NCBI GenBank assembly: GCA_964016885.1
Contig: OZ024740.1
Coordinates: 245,148,001 to 245,212,000 of the forward strand
Source: Eledone cirrhosa
Taxonomy: Eukaryota
Direction of reading: 5' to 3'
Length of the DNA stretch: 64,000 nt
The notes beneath the pieces are model-generated. The model saw only the letters and a list, made by a program, of their open reading frames with translations, made no database searches and had not been told where the DNA came from. Positions 41,174 through 54,471 of this stretch are shown here, piece by piece; positions within the stretch are counted from its first letter, which is position 1; every line of letters begins with the position of its first letter. The position numbers and the translations under genes were made by a program.

Positions 41174-41361
41174 GAGTCAAATCCCGATACTAAAGCCCAG
41201 AGCACGTAATTTAAAAATGTTAAAAACTATATAGTTGAAGTATTCACTGTCTTTCACAACATTGAAAGATTTGAGTATGAGTCGTATTTGTTATTTGCGT
41301 CTATTTATATAGTTATATACCTTAGACATGCATTGCATACATTGCAGTCATGTAGGCAATG

Positions 41362-41364
<3 letters not shown>

Positions 41365-41439
<75 letters not shown>

Positions 41440-41940
41440 GAGGATGTGTATATTCATGTGGGCGCATGTGAATGCACCGCGAAAGTATCTACAGATATTT
41501 GTAACAGCGTATTTGTGTGTGTGTATGGGTGTCTGTGTGTGTGTGCATGTGGATGTTTGTGTGTTTGCATGTGTATGTGTATGTGTGTGTGTGCATGTGT
41601 GCATGTGTGTGTGTGTGTGTTTGCATGTGTATGTGTGCGTGCGTGTGCATGTGTACGTGTGTGTGTTTGCATGTGTATGTTTGTGTGTTTGCATGTGCAT
41701 GTGTATGTGTGTGCATGTGTGTATGTGTGTGTGTGTGTGCGTGTGCATGTGTATGTGTGTGTGTTTGCATGTGTATGTGTGTGTGTTTGCATGTGCATGT
41801 GTATGTGTGTGCATGTGTGCATGTGTGTATGTGTGTGTGTGTGTGCATGTGTGTGTGTGTGTGCATGTGTGTGTGTGTGTGTTTGCATGTGTATGTGTGT
41901 GTGTTTGCATGTGCATGTGTATGTGTGTGCATGTGTGTAT

Positions 41941-41971
<31 letters not shown>

Positions 41972-42230
41972 CATGTGTGTGTGTGTGTTTGCATGTGTAT
42001 GTGTGCGTGCGTGTGCATGTGTACGTGTGTGTGTTTGCATGTGTATGTTTGTGTGTTTGCATGTGCATGTGTATGTGTGTGCATGTGTGCATGTGTATGT
42101 GTGTGTGTGCGTGTGTGCATGTGTGTGTGTGTGTGTTTGCATGTGTATGTGTGCGTGCGTGTGCATGTGTATGTGTGTGTGTTTGCATGTGCATGTTTGT
42201 GTGTTTGCATGTGCATGTGTATGTGTGTGC

Positions 42231-42261
<31 letters not shown>

Positions 42262-42272
42262 TGTGTGTGTAT

Positions 42273-42315
<43 letters not shown>

Positions 42316-42325
42316 TGTGTGTGTG
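41365..42325. repeat. Degenerate (TG)n satellite punctuated by GCAT/TTGCAT/GTAT, with higher-order duplication
   Basis: Direct reading; blocks such as ATGTGTGCGTGCGTGTGCATGTGTA recur near 41630, 42000 and 42147. Confidence 0.9.
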
Positions 42326-42428
42326 TTGTTTCGGCTGAAGGAGCTATCTGTAATGCCGTGAGGATAGTACTCCCGTATCATGAAGAAGTGCGGCAGAAAA
42401 AGATTATTGTAGTGTTGGTACTGATAAT

Positions 42429-42618
42429 TGGTTCTACTATTGGCACAAGGCCAGCAATTATCCCAGTGTATTACTGGTACCTTATTTTATCGACCCCGTA
42501 AGGATGAAAGGCAAAGTTAACCTCGGCGGGATTTGAACTCAGAATGGCAAGGGCCGTAACTCTATGCGTCAAACCATGGCGCCCGCTCCTCTACCGATAC
42601 TGCCAATTCACCGCCCTC
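42429..42618 (-). mobile_element. tRNA-derived SINE with 15-bp TSD
   Basis: TSD GTTGGTACTGATAAT at 42414-42428 and 42619-42633. Confidence 0.9.
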
Positions 42619-42789
42619 GTTGGTACTGATAATAATGATGATGATGATGTTGATGGTTATAGTAAGGGTGATGATGATGATGATGATGACGACGATTTTA
42701 ATGATGTCTATATTTCAGTTGTTTACCAGTAACAGTAGTAGTAGCAACAACATGCTCCACTGAAAGACAAACAACATACATACAACCCA

Positions 42790-43490
<701 letters not shown>

Positions 43491-44349
43491 ATATCTCTAG
43501 TATCAATATGTCACGAGATATGAAGAATGTCAGGAATGTAATTTAGTACAATATGTAGCTCCAAGAAGCAGTATTAGGTTTCTCAACAGATTTTTCGTTT
43601 ATTCTTTATTTTATTCGTTTTACTAGTTGTAATCATTGAACTGGGGCCATCCTGGGGCACCGCATAGAGGGGCTTTTAGTCAATATCATATCAACCCCAG
43701 TACTTATTTATTTGGGTTTTTTTTTAAAGTTTGCTACTTATTTGGTCAATCTCTATTTGTCGAACTGCTATGTGAGAGGACGTAAACAAACCAATTGAAA
43801 CACTGACACAGATAAACTCACGCATATGTACACACACACACACAACACACACATACCACACACACCACACACACTCACACACACAACACAACACACACAC
43901 ACGCACCCATACGCATATTTCGGGCCTTTGCCTTTATCTAACAGTGAGGAAGAGAGGGGGGGCAGAGACGGAGAGAGGGGGAGAGAGAAAGTGTTGTTCA
44001 ACACAAGACAGAAAGCACATTCCAAGGTGTCACGTGGGACTAAACCTGAAGCTATGTACGTGCAAAGCGAACATTTTCACCATAGTCATGAGCGCGCTGA
44101 TATGTAGATTTGGAGAGAGTAGGCTGAATGAATTAGTTGAACGAGGTGAAATAAACATCATCAAATGACTGACAATCATCCAATCAGTGAAAAGGAAAAA
44201 AAAACCCAGTTTTTTTTTGTTTGTTTTGTTTTTGTTTGTTTATTTTTTGTGCTTGTGTTTATTTCTTCTTCGCTGAAAAATATCATTATCTCATTTATTT
44301 ACTTCTGTTGTATCTTTAAGTTATAGTTGGTAAATAGTAATAATAATAA

Positions 44350-44584
44350 TCTATATTATAATAAAAGCGCTGTCTGTCCGTCTGTCTGTCCCACTTTATA
44401 TAGTGAGAGGGAGTGCCAAGCTAGAGATATATACATAAATAGAGAGAGAAAAGGGGAGGCCGTGTGTTTCCGATGGGCAGAAAGAGGTAGATAGACAGAA
44501 AGTTACGACGTCGCCCTCATCTATATATATATGCACATAAATAGAGAGAGAAAAGGAACATCATTTGTTTCGAGAGAGAGAGAG

Positions 44585-44646
<62 letters not shown>

Positions 44647-44666
44647 TGTGTGTGTGTGTGTGTGTC

Positions 44667-44729
<63 letters not shown>

Positions 44730-44760
44730 CATAATGAAGGAAAAGACGTCGCCCTCATCT
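44350..44760 (+). mobile_element. Helitron-like 5' end with internal duplication and microsatellite
   Basis: A|TCTATATTATAATAAAA..CTGTCTGTCC start like 15992; ACATAAATAGAGAGAGAAAAGG...GACGTCGCCCTCATCT present twice. Confidence 0.45.
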
Positions 44761-44849
44761 TGTAATGATAGTAATAATGTTATTTTTTTAATTTGCCATA
44801 AGAGTACAAAAATGATTTGAGCGATACAAAACTGCTACAACTCTGGGAT

Positions 44850-45210
44850 TGATCTCCATGTGTCTAACACACGTGGACATGCCTACAAAGTCAGAAAACA
44901 GCACAGCTCCCATGACTTTCGTAGACATTTTTTCACGCTCAGAGTTGCTGAAGCATGGAACAAACTGCCTGCGTCAGTTGTTAGCTGCCGAGACACTGCA
45001 TCCTTTAAGACACTCATGCTTCCCGAAATACGCCAAAACTACACCTGATGTGCCCCTTCCATACACATGCACACATGTGTGTATCATGACTCGTGCACTG
45101 TTCATTTTACTGATGTTTGTGCATTGCCCTATGTACTGTACATGCACTTTTTTGATGAGTTGTGGTGCACCTGGGCACTGTACACAATATTTCATTATTA
45201 TTATTATTAT
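44850..45210 (+). mobile_element. CR1-clade LINE 3' end with (ATT)n tail
   Basis: TRGHAYKVRKQ...RRHFFTLRVAEAWNKLPASVV....SFK, the CR1 C-terminal signature. Confidence 0.85.
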
Positions 45211-45419
45211 TGGCGACCTACGTAGTAAATCGTATCATCGTGAGCTCCGCAAAGGTTTGTTATTTCCGTTTGTTAAAAATTGCCATTTATGGAAAATTTT
45301 ATTGTTAACTGTTTATAAGCACACATACATTGTTTTCCGAAAAGGACACCCAAAAAGATTGGGGCCTTGTGCCCAAAATTTTAACTTTTATTATTATCCA
45401 AAAATTTCTTTGAAAAAAA

Positions 45420-47379
45420 ATGGCTAATTCCCCTCTGCACGAAGCAGCTGAAAGCTTTCCTCACAAAATAACACCTCACACCGACACCACCATTGTAAAT
45501 GTTACTACATTTGCCAACACAAAAAAAAATATAAGCAGTAGCAATATTTTAAATTTGTCTCAGGCAGACATTCATTTCCCGCCATTACCAATGACTGCAG
45601 GTGTTAAAGCCTCCACCACCACCACCACCGCGACAACCACCACCCCCACCACCACCGCGACAACAGAAACAAAAGAAGAAAAAAATAAATTAACTCATGA
45701 TGTCGAAATGAAATTAAGCAAAATGGACTCTTCCGCACCAAAGACGACTGACGCCACCACCACCACAACTGAAACTAAAATTAATATTAACACAAATAAC
45801 GATAGCAACAACAACAACAATGAGATTATAAAACCGACCCTCAGTTTCGCCATCGTAGCAAAACAATTCGAAGCGTTCACGGTAACTCAAGAGGATTTAG
45901 AAAATGCCAAACAAATGGTAAAGAAAGATGGGTACAGGGTCAGCCCCCCCCCCCCCCCACCTAATAAAATGGAGCATCGGCGCCTATGCACCGTGTCGTA
46001 TAGAACAATAAATGTAAAATCGCGCCGAGTGGAACGGGCATCCGAGTCCCAAATCCAAAAAGCTTTGGGACATGTGTGGGCAAGAAAAACCCACATCAGA
46101 CGTGGGCAAAAGTATGGAACCGTGGATGTGTTCTTTGAAACACCAGAGGAGGCTAGAGAACACTCCATGGCCCCATTAAAAAGTGACGACTTCACACTCG
46201 TCCCAAGCTATTGTGGCCAGAGACTCGTAAAGATCAGGGTGACCCACGTTCCACCGGTCATCGAAATTCCCTGGCTGTCCTCGCCGGCATCGAAGCCAAC
46301 ACGAAAATAATAGCAATAGCAAAAGAAAAGCAGGAAAACTGGTCCGGATCTGGGATGGAGCTCCTGATCCAAGCGGACCAAAAAAGCATTGAGGAGATCC
46401 CAGAGGTAATAGACCTCACTGACGGCAGCCACCTCACGGTAATTGTCGAGGGCAGAAGACCTAGGTGTGTCGTTTGTGGTGAAGGAACCCACCTAAGGGC
46501 TTTCTGCCCTCAGGCTAAAAGGTTGAGGCCACCTCTCCTACCCACCCCAGTGACACAACCATCAACACCACCAGAAGCAGAGATGGCAGCAACAACTGTA
46601 GCAGCAACAACAGAAGCAACTATAACAGCAACAACCCCAGCAACAGTAGCAAAACCAACACCACCACCACCCAACGCTTCAGAACTAGCACCAGCGCATA
46701 CACCATCCACCACACCACAACCAAAACTAACGGCTGTGGAGGATTTTCCACTCCCCGGCCTATCACAACTGGAGACAGATTGTGACGACGAGGAGTGGGA
46801 AACGATATCCGGAAAAAAAAAAGAAACCAAAAAAGAAAAAATTCTCTTCCTTCCCCCTCCAAAAACAAAATACAGAGGGAAACAAATAAATTAAGAAACA
46901 AAAAAGTTAGGACAGATATGCCACCATCCACACCAGCATCACCAACCCCATCAACCCAAACACCAACACCATCACCATCATTAACCCCAGCACCACCATC
47001 ACTTACACCACAAAAGTCACCAAAATGCGAAACAGAAACAAACCCACAACAAACGCAAACAAAACAAAACAACCAAAACGATACACACTACACAGCATTA
47101 AATTTGAACAACAAGCAATTATTAAACTACATCCAACACAACACCAGCATCACAGAAAAAGACTACACAACAACCCCAAAATTCACACCACCTCCACACA
47201 TACAAATCACTCGCATCACACAGAAAACGTACATGACACTAAAACAAAAATTCCCCAAAGACATCGGAGACTTCCGACAAGCACTCTCCAGGAGGATTTA
47301 TAAGGACATCCTTCCTGAGGAGACCACAAGCAGTGAAAAGGATGGAAAAACCGTCCTTCCCCTACGAGAAGTAAGGTAA
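45420..47379 (+). pseudogene. Tx1 ORF1, frameshifted (45420-46310, 46211-46894, 46795-47379), CCHC knuckle
   Basis: KSRRVERASESQIQKALG, LVPSYCGQ, CVVCGEGTHLRAFC and C-terminal LREVR align with ORF1 of element A. Confidence 0.85.
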
Positions 47380-47413
47380 GTGGTCTTTCCCATCTTTTCC
47401 ACTCCTTTTCAAC

Positions 47414-50400
47414 ATGACCTCACTCAGAATAGGCAGCATAAATGCGCGTGGCTTGGGGTCGTCATGGAAGCAGGGCCACCAGCTCAACGACCTCAGGTCA
47501 CTAAACATAGATGTAGTGGCCATCAGCGAGACCAGAATCTCCGAAGCACAGGCTTTCGCACCGATCTTCGGCGGCTACGATGTGTACGCATCTCCCAGCC
47601 GTCCGGGATCGGGGGGAGGAGTTGCTGTGCTTTTTCGGAGAGGTTTGGATCTTGCCATACGGGCCATCTTCCTGGACCCAGAAGGTAAGTTGGTGGTGCT
47701 GGACGTGACCAGCGGAGACGGGCAAGCTTTCAGGTTAGTGGCCGTCTATGCCCCGACAGGAGCAGGGCGGCCTGATTTCTTCCGGCGTCTGGAGACCTTT
47801 CTTGGAACGTCCCGCTCTTTAGTGTTAGTGGGTGACTGGAACTGGATCTTAGATGCACGCTGGGATTGTGTGGGATTAGTGGATAGGGAAGGAGGGTGCA
47901 AGAGTCTCACCAACCTGCTCAGACGTTTTGAACTGTCTGACAGGCACCGAATGGATTTCCCGAATGTACCAATGTGGACTTGGACAAATCGCATAGGGTC
48001 ATCCAGATCATATCTAGATAGAGTACTTTGTAGGGAAATAGATAGGTCTAGCATAGGCTGTCCACAATTCAAGATAGTCAGCTACACGGACCACAAATTC
48101 GTGATCTGTGTGCTTGACTTAGATAGGCTTCATAGGCGAGGACCCGGCTACTGGAAGCTAAACGCGTCCTTACCAGCGCGCAAGGCCTACAGAGACCGGA
48201 TTAGCGAACTAGTTAAGCGGGCGTTGACGGGGGCCATCGTCAACAACAAGTGGTGGTTTGCTCTGAAAAGAGCAATTAGAATAGAGTCCATTAGGTTTAG
48301 TAAGACTTTAGCAATAGAGAAAAATAGAGCAGAGGGAGAATTAGTTAGAAAATTAGATGAGGCGCTTAGCAAAGGCATCGCGACCGACGTACTTGCGGCG
48401 AAATTGGCCCTTGACCAATTCTTCAATGCAAAGCACGAAGGCAGCGTTGTCAGAGCTAGGGTGCGTGCTCTCAGACACGAGGGGACGAAAGCCGTTCAAT
48501 GGGCCCGAGTGGCGGAGGCGCGTCGTGGCAACAAAGCCACGATCCAGTCTTTGGTGGACCACGACGGGCGCATGCTACTCGATCCCGGGCAAATGTGTGA
48601 AGCTTTTCAGCAACACTTCGCTCAACTGTTCGGGGGCAGTGGCGGGCCGGATCGAGGGATGGACTTTAGTGTCTACCTCGACGGACTGCCGCGGCTTTCG
48701 GCCACTGAGGCGGAGTGTTGCGAAAAGCCGATAACAACCGCTGAAGTACGGGATGCAATGACTAGTTGCACAAGGGGTAAATCGCCTGGTTTGGATGGTC
48801 TGCCCTATGAACTTTACGTACAAATGCCAAACTTGTTCGGAGGCCTCTTGGCGGACGTCTACTGCAACTGGCAACAGAACGGGAGAATTCCCAGCTCTGT
48901 GAGCCGAGGAGCGGTGGCGCTGCTGAGAAAGGATCTGAACAAGGGGGATAACATAGATAATTTTAGGCCCATAACTCTGCTAAACACAGAGTTCAAGATT
49001 TTGGCCAAGGTGCTAGCAAAGAGGTTGGCGCTTGTCGTTGGTGGTCTGGTGGGAGAGGCACAGACATGCGCCATTCCCGACAGATCCATCCACAACAACC
49101 TCCGCCTCATGCGATACATCGTAGAGAGGGTAGCTAGGGAACCTGGCACGGGTGGGTCTTTGATCAATTTAGATCAGTCGAAAGCCTTCGATAGGGTCGA
49201 CCATCGTTACCTATCGGCAGTCCTGAGGGCGGCTGGCTTTGGACCCGTCTTCAGAGGCTGGATCGCTGCCATGCACAGCGACATCTGCTCTGTAGTGAGA
49301 GTGAACGGTCACCTTTCGGAACCGTTCAACATCATGCGCTCGGTCCGCCAAGGATGTCCCCTCTCGTCCCTATTGTACGTATTGACTCTCGAGCCATTAC
49401 TGCACAAACTGGAGACGTGAAGACGGTCCCGCGCGAACTAGGATGCGGAAGATCCGTGTCAGCATATGCCGACGATGTCACCGTAGTGGTGTCGAACGCC
49501 AAACACATCGAGGCGATCGGCACTACACTAAGAGAATACGAAGCGGTGACAGGAGCAATGATCAACCAGGAAAAGTCAGTGGGCCTGCAGCTCGGCACCT
49601 GGAGAGGCAGGTCCATGCCGTCCAACAGCGTCGTCGGGCGCTGGACGGACGGACCGGATAAATTGCTAGGGGTCTGGTTCGGTCCAGACCTCCAGACGGA
49701 CAAAAACTGGGACGAGGTGACGAGCAGGGTGGCTTCTCTCACCCAGAAATGGGCCGAGAGGAAGCTATCCCTGAAAGGTCGAGCGGAGGTGGCGAATGCG
49801 TACATCGCATCCGTCATCTACTACCGCCTGACCGTCGTACCTTGTCCTAAGCCCCGCCTGACTGCGCTGGAACGTTTGCTCTTTCGCTTCTTGTGGAAGG
49901 GACGCGCTCCGATGGTCAGGCGGTCCATCTGCTGTCAACACCCGCTACGTGGAGGGCTGGGCATGCCGTGGCTGATGATGCGCAGACACGCGCTCAGGCT
50001 ACGACATCTCCACCTCTTCCTCGACGGTGATCAGGTGTGGTCGCCGTTTGCTAGACGCGTTTTTCCCCAGCTCGTCTCCTTGACGGAGCTGCAGTCCTGG
50101 GTCAAGCGAAGACCGAGAGGGAGCGCTTGGAGACTGGAATGTCTTCAGGCGCTCACAGCCCTCGACCAATCGGGCAATGTGATCAGTGGAAACTCCACCT
50201 TGGCGTTCTATAGGGGATTAGTGGAGGGGAAGAGCGACGACGTACTTGGAGAAACTCTAGGCGTCGACGAAAATCAACTAGCCAATCTCTTCGGAAGGAC
50301 TTTCGGGCCGGGGCCTATGGACAACTTCCAGAAATCCCTGGCCTGGCAGTGCTACCGAGGAGCTTTGCCAGTTCGGGATAAACTCTACAGGCATGGAGGT

Positions 50401-50832
50401 GCCGTCAGCCGGGCATGTCCGAGATGCGCGCAGGGCGACGAAACCGTCCTGCACGCACTCGTCCAGTGTCCGAGCATTGCTGACTTGTGGGTTTATGTCG
50501 AACACCTGCTGTCACGTGTAGGACGGATCCAGCTATCAGCTGAGTCCATCGTGAGGATTGCCCCGCCCCCTTCCTTTAGCCTGGAAGGGCAGGCAGTTTT
50601 TATCTGTCTGGTGGCCATGGAGAAAGAGATAGTATGGTGGACACGTTTGAAAGGGCTGAAGACGAGCACTTACCTCTTCGGTGATGCCCTGATTAACTTT
50701 TTCAAATTTCATTTGAAAAGGAAAATCAGGGTAGAGAGGGAAGTGCTTTCTTCCCAGCATTTTGTTGAAAGATGGGTGAGAGAAGCAAGTATGGCCCGAA
50801 TGAATGGGCCTTCTCTGAGTATGTGTCTGTAA
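47414..50832 (+). pseudogene. Tx1 ORF2 (APE-RT) broken by a 1-nt-short lesion creating TGA at 49418-49420, upstream of YADD
   Basis: ORFs 47414-49420 and 49354-50832 together match ORF2 of element A almost residue for residue. Confidence 0.92.
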
Positions 50833-51074
50833 ATTAAAGGTGGAAAACTGGGAGAGGGCACTTGCCCTGGTGGTCAGGGCCACTGTGGTCTTTTAATGGG
50901 CTTTCTCCACAAATGTCCCTTGGAAGTCTCCCCCCTATTGGGGAATTTTTCTTTGTTATTTTATTTCAACCTCTGTTTTTTTACACGCAGAAATGCCCAT
51001 TTGTACCGTCCTGTATTGTCCTGTACTGTCCTTAATGTCTACTTTATGTGAACCCTTGTGGTTAATAAAGAAAA

Positions 51075-51075
<1 letters not shown>

Positions 51076-51130
<55 letters not shown>

Positions 51131-51260
51131 CATGACTCATACACTGTTCATTTTCCTGACATTTGTACATTATTCTATGTACTATGCATGCACGTTTGAT
51201 GAGTTGTAGTGCACCTGAGCACTGTACACAATAATTTCATTATTATTATTATTATTATTA
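51076..51260 (+). mobile_element. (TTA)n tail of element B followed by a short CR1 3' UTR fragment with its own (ATT)n tail
   Basis: 51129-51260 resembles 45084-45210. Confidence 0.8.
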
Positions 51261-51439
51261 AAACGGGATACACATACATAATGGGTGTGGTGTGCATGTG
51301 GTAGAGTAAAAATGAAATAATAAAAACAAAGAAGAAGTATAACAAAAACAAAGAACAACAACAAAGTAAATGTCTCCAATTGGTGTTACAGCTACCTAGG
51401 GCCTATTATGGAACACACTCGAAATTTAACACACCTATT

Positions 51440-52400
51440 CTTTGCCTGTTAAAGAGACGAGCTGTGGAAAGACATACCTGACAAAAAGCGACCACACCTG
51501 TTCATCGGTTAAGAATGTTTGTAGCTGCTGCACATCATCAACCACTGTATACCATGTCCTCCATGTAGATGATGAGGACAGCAGATGGACCGCATTATTC
51601 TACAAGGAAAGAAAGAAAAGACATCCAATGTGGTCACACGAAAACTAGGGAAAGGCATGAGAGTCAGTCGGTAATATATAACGGAGGAAATGTATGCATT
51701 TGCCACCAGTCACCAACTTTTCAGAAATAGCTTTCTCTCAGACCATTTCTGAGTAAGATTGGCTACTATGCTCGTCTCTTTGTCCCAGTTCTTATCCTTC
51801 TGGAAGTCTGGACTGAACCGGATCCCACGCGTTGGTGTCCGATGACATAGACGTGTTTCTCGAGGTTACGAAATACCGACTTGTTCGGGTAATTTTTTCT
51901 TCCTGTTACCGCCTTATATTTCTTTAGATCGGTGCCAACCATCCCGATTTCTGTAACTTTGACCACATGTGCCTTTAAACGCCTCCAGTTTACGCAGTTG
52001 TTGCTTGAAAGCCAGTACGTATCAAAGGAACGAAAGAGAACACCTTTGACTGACCAAGTGCGTGTTTCTAGGTGGATCTGAAAAGTGGCCATTTACTTTA
52101 ACCATTGGTCCAACCACAAAAAACGAGAGCGAAATTAACTACATTGAGGACACTCACCAAATACTGATGGTCCAATCCATCGAAAGATTTCGATTGATCT
52201 ACTTTGATCGAAAACCCACCGCAGTCAAATTTATTACCTAGCATCTCAAATGTATTACTTGCCATACATTGTGCCATGCTAAATCTCCTTAGACACGTGT
52301 TTGTGGAATACTCTGCCACTTGCACGTTAATTTCTCAAACAGGCTGTTCGTTGAACTAACTAGAACGCTCATCTTCGAAACCGACGGAGTCCTATTCTAT
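51440..52400 (-). mobile_element. Ancient decayed Tx1 ORF2 fragment
   Basis: ANAYISSVIYYRLT and VDQSKSFDGLDHQYL remnants. Confidence 0.7.
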
Positions 52401-52551
52401 TTCCATTTGTTTGGGGAGTGTTTCCCTTTTTTTTTCTTAAGAGAATATCAAATCTGTCGAAAGACAGTTGCTACAAAGCATCAGAGAGGAATGAATTGCT
52501 TTACATATATAACGGGCATGTAAAGGTCATTGCCTTCTTTGGTAATAATCC

Positions 52552-52700
52552 CTCTATATATAAAATTCTTTGTCTGTCTGTCTGTCTGTTCCTATGCATT
52601 CTCAAACGGCTAAACGAAATCAAATCAAATTTTACAAGGTATTAGACCCCGGGAGTGTCAACATTTAATTTTTATTTTCATTTGGATTAAAACAATATAA
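52552..52700 (+). mobile_element. Helitron-like 5' fragment
   Basis: TCTATATATAAAA..TGTCTGTCTGTCTG start resembling 15992. Confidence 0.4.
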
Positions 52701-52759
52701 CATTTCATCTAAAATAATATTTCTATAGTCAACTATAGTAAACCATAAATAATAATAAT

Positions 52760-54199
52760 AAAACTTACAAATATCTAGGTGTTTGTGAAGGAGACGGAAT
52801 CAAGCACTCGACAATGAGGGAAAAGATAAGGAAGGAATGTTACCGCAGAGTAAGAGCAATCTTAAGAACGGAATTGAATGCAAGGAACAGGATCGATGCC
52901 ATAAACACGCTTGCCATACCAGTAGTAACCTACAGTTACAATATCATCAACTGATCAAACACAGAGATCCGTTGGCTCGATACAAAATTCTTAACCATGC
53001 ACAGAATACATCACTAAGGAAGATACAGATAGAATATATCTCCCGAGGAAAGAAGAAGGACGTGGGTTAATCCAGTTAGACATTGCGTTGAAAACTGCAA
53101 CAATTGGATTATATACATATCTAAGGGAATCACATGATTGGATGATCAAACTCGTTCTGAAACACGAAAGCATCAAAAGATCATACTCCATTACAAAAGA
53201 TGCACAAAAATACAGTAATGAACTACAAATTTCAGAAGTTCCATTTACTGCTGAAATGAAAAACACAGAAAAAGCAAAGCAGGTAAAAGTAACTGCAAAG
53301 AAAGAATTGCTACAGAAACTGGCTAAGAAATGGCAAGAAAAGCCTCTGTATGGAAAATACCCAGAAAGAGCTAACAGTCCTGATGTTGACAAAACTTTAA
53401 CCCATCAGTGGTTGGCATCCTCTGGACTGAAATCGGTGACTGAAGGACTGATTATATCAGCACAAGATCAGTGTCTGCCAAAAAAAATTACCAACCCAAC
53501 ATAAAAAAAATGCCGTGTATGTAAAAAACAACCAGAGACCATTGATCATATAATTTCAATGTGCAGTCCTATAGCTCCAATGGAATACCTAAACAGGCAC
53601 GACAGAGCTGCACAATACATACATTGGATAATGTCTAAGCATTTTGACCTGCCCCATCAAAAGAATTGGTGGGAGCATCAACCACCTCCCGTACTTGAAA
53701 AAGATCACATTTCAATCTTGTGGAACTTTAGCATCCAAACAAGACCGAAAAATAGATGCAAATAGATCTGATATAATACTGAAGGACTTTAAAAAGAGGG
53801 TATGCCTGCTAATTGATATATCCGTTCCAATAGACAAGAATGTATCTATAAAAACATTTGAAAAATTGAGCAAGTATAAGGACCTGGAGATAGAAATTGG
53901 AAAAATGTGGAAATTGAAAACTAAAACAATACCAGTGGTTGTAGGCGCTCTATGATTACTTATCGCAAATCCTAGGAAACCCGCGTATAGGAGAAATACA
54001 AAAGATAGTACTAATGGGAACTGCCCATATACTAAGGAAGATTCTGTCAATATAAGTACATCACAAGTCTAAACACCTAAAGATGCATGTGTGTGTATGT
54101 ATGTTCTTTCTTGAATATGGCGGACCTTGTTGTCCCTTGAGGTCACTGGTTGTGACTTGGTGATAACTCGTATGAACATAAAGCAAGATAAATGCAACT

Positions 54200-54266
<67 letters not shown>
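52760..54266 (+). mobile_element. R4/Dong-like element, 5'-truncated and frameshifted, with (TAA)n tail
   Basis: YKYLGV, KWQEKPLYGKY, EGLIISAQDQ, CRVC..ETIDHIIS, RHD and RLE motifs. Confidence 0.85.
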
Positions 54267-54267
<1 letters not shown>

Positions 54268-54448
54268 TGTTTCTACTTTTGGCACAAGGCCAGCAATTAC
54301 CCCAGTGTATTACTGGTACTTTATTTTATCGACTTCGTAAGGATGAAAGGCAAAGTTAACCTCGGCGGGATTTGAACTCAGAGTGGCAAGGGCCATAACT
54401 CTATGCGTCAAAGCATGGCGTCCGGCCCTCTACCAATACTGCCAATCC
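54265..54448 (-). mobile_element. tRNA-derived SINE embedded in (TAA)n
   Basis: Family motifs; (TAA)n on both sides. Confidence 0.9.
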
Positions 54449-54471
54449 AAATAATAATAATAATAATAATA

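Larger units (their letters stand above)
45211..51075 (+). mobile_element. Full-length Tx1 LINE, element B, with frameshifted ORF1 and ORF2
   Basis: (TTA)n at both flanks; ORF1 in three pieces, ORF2 in two. Confidence 0.92.
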
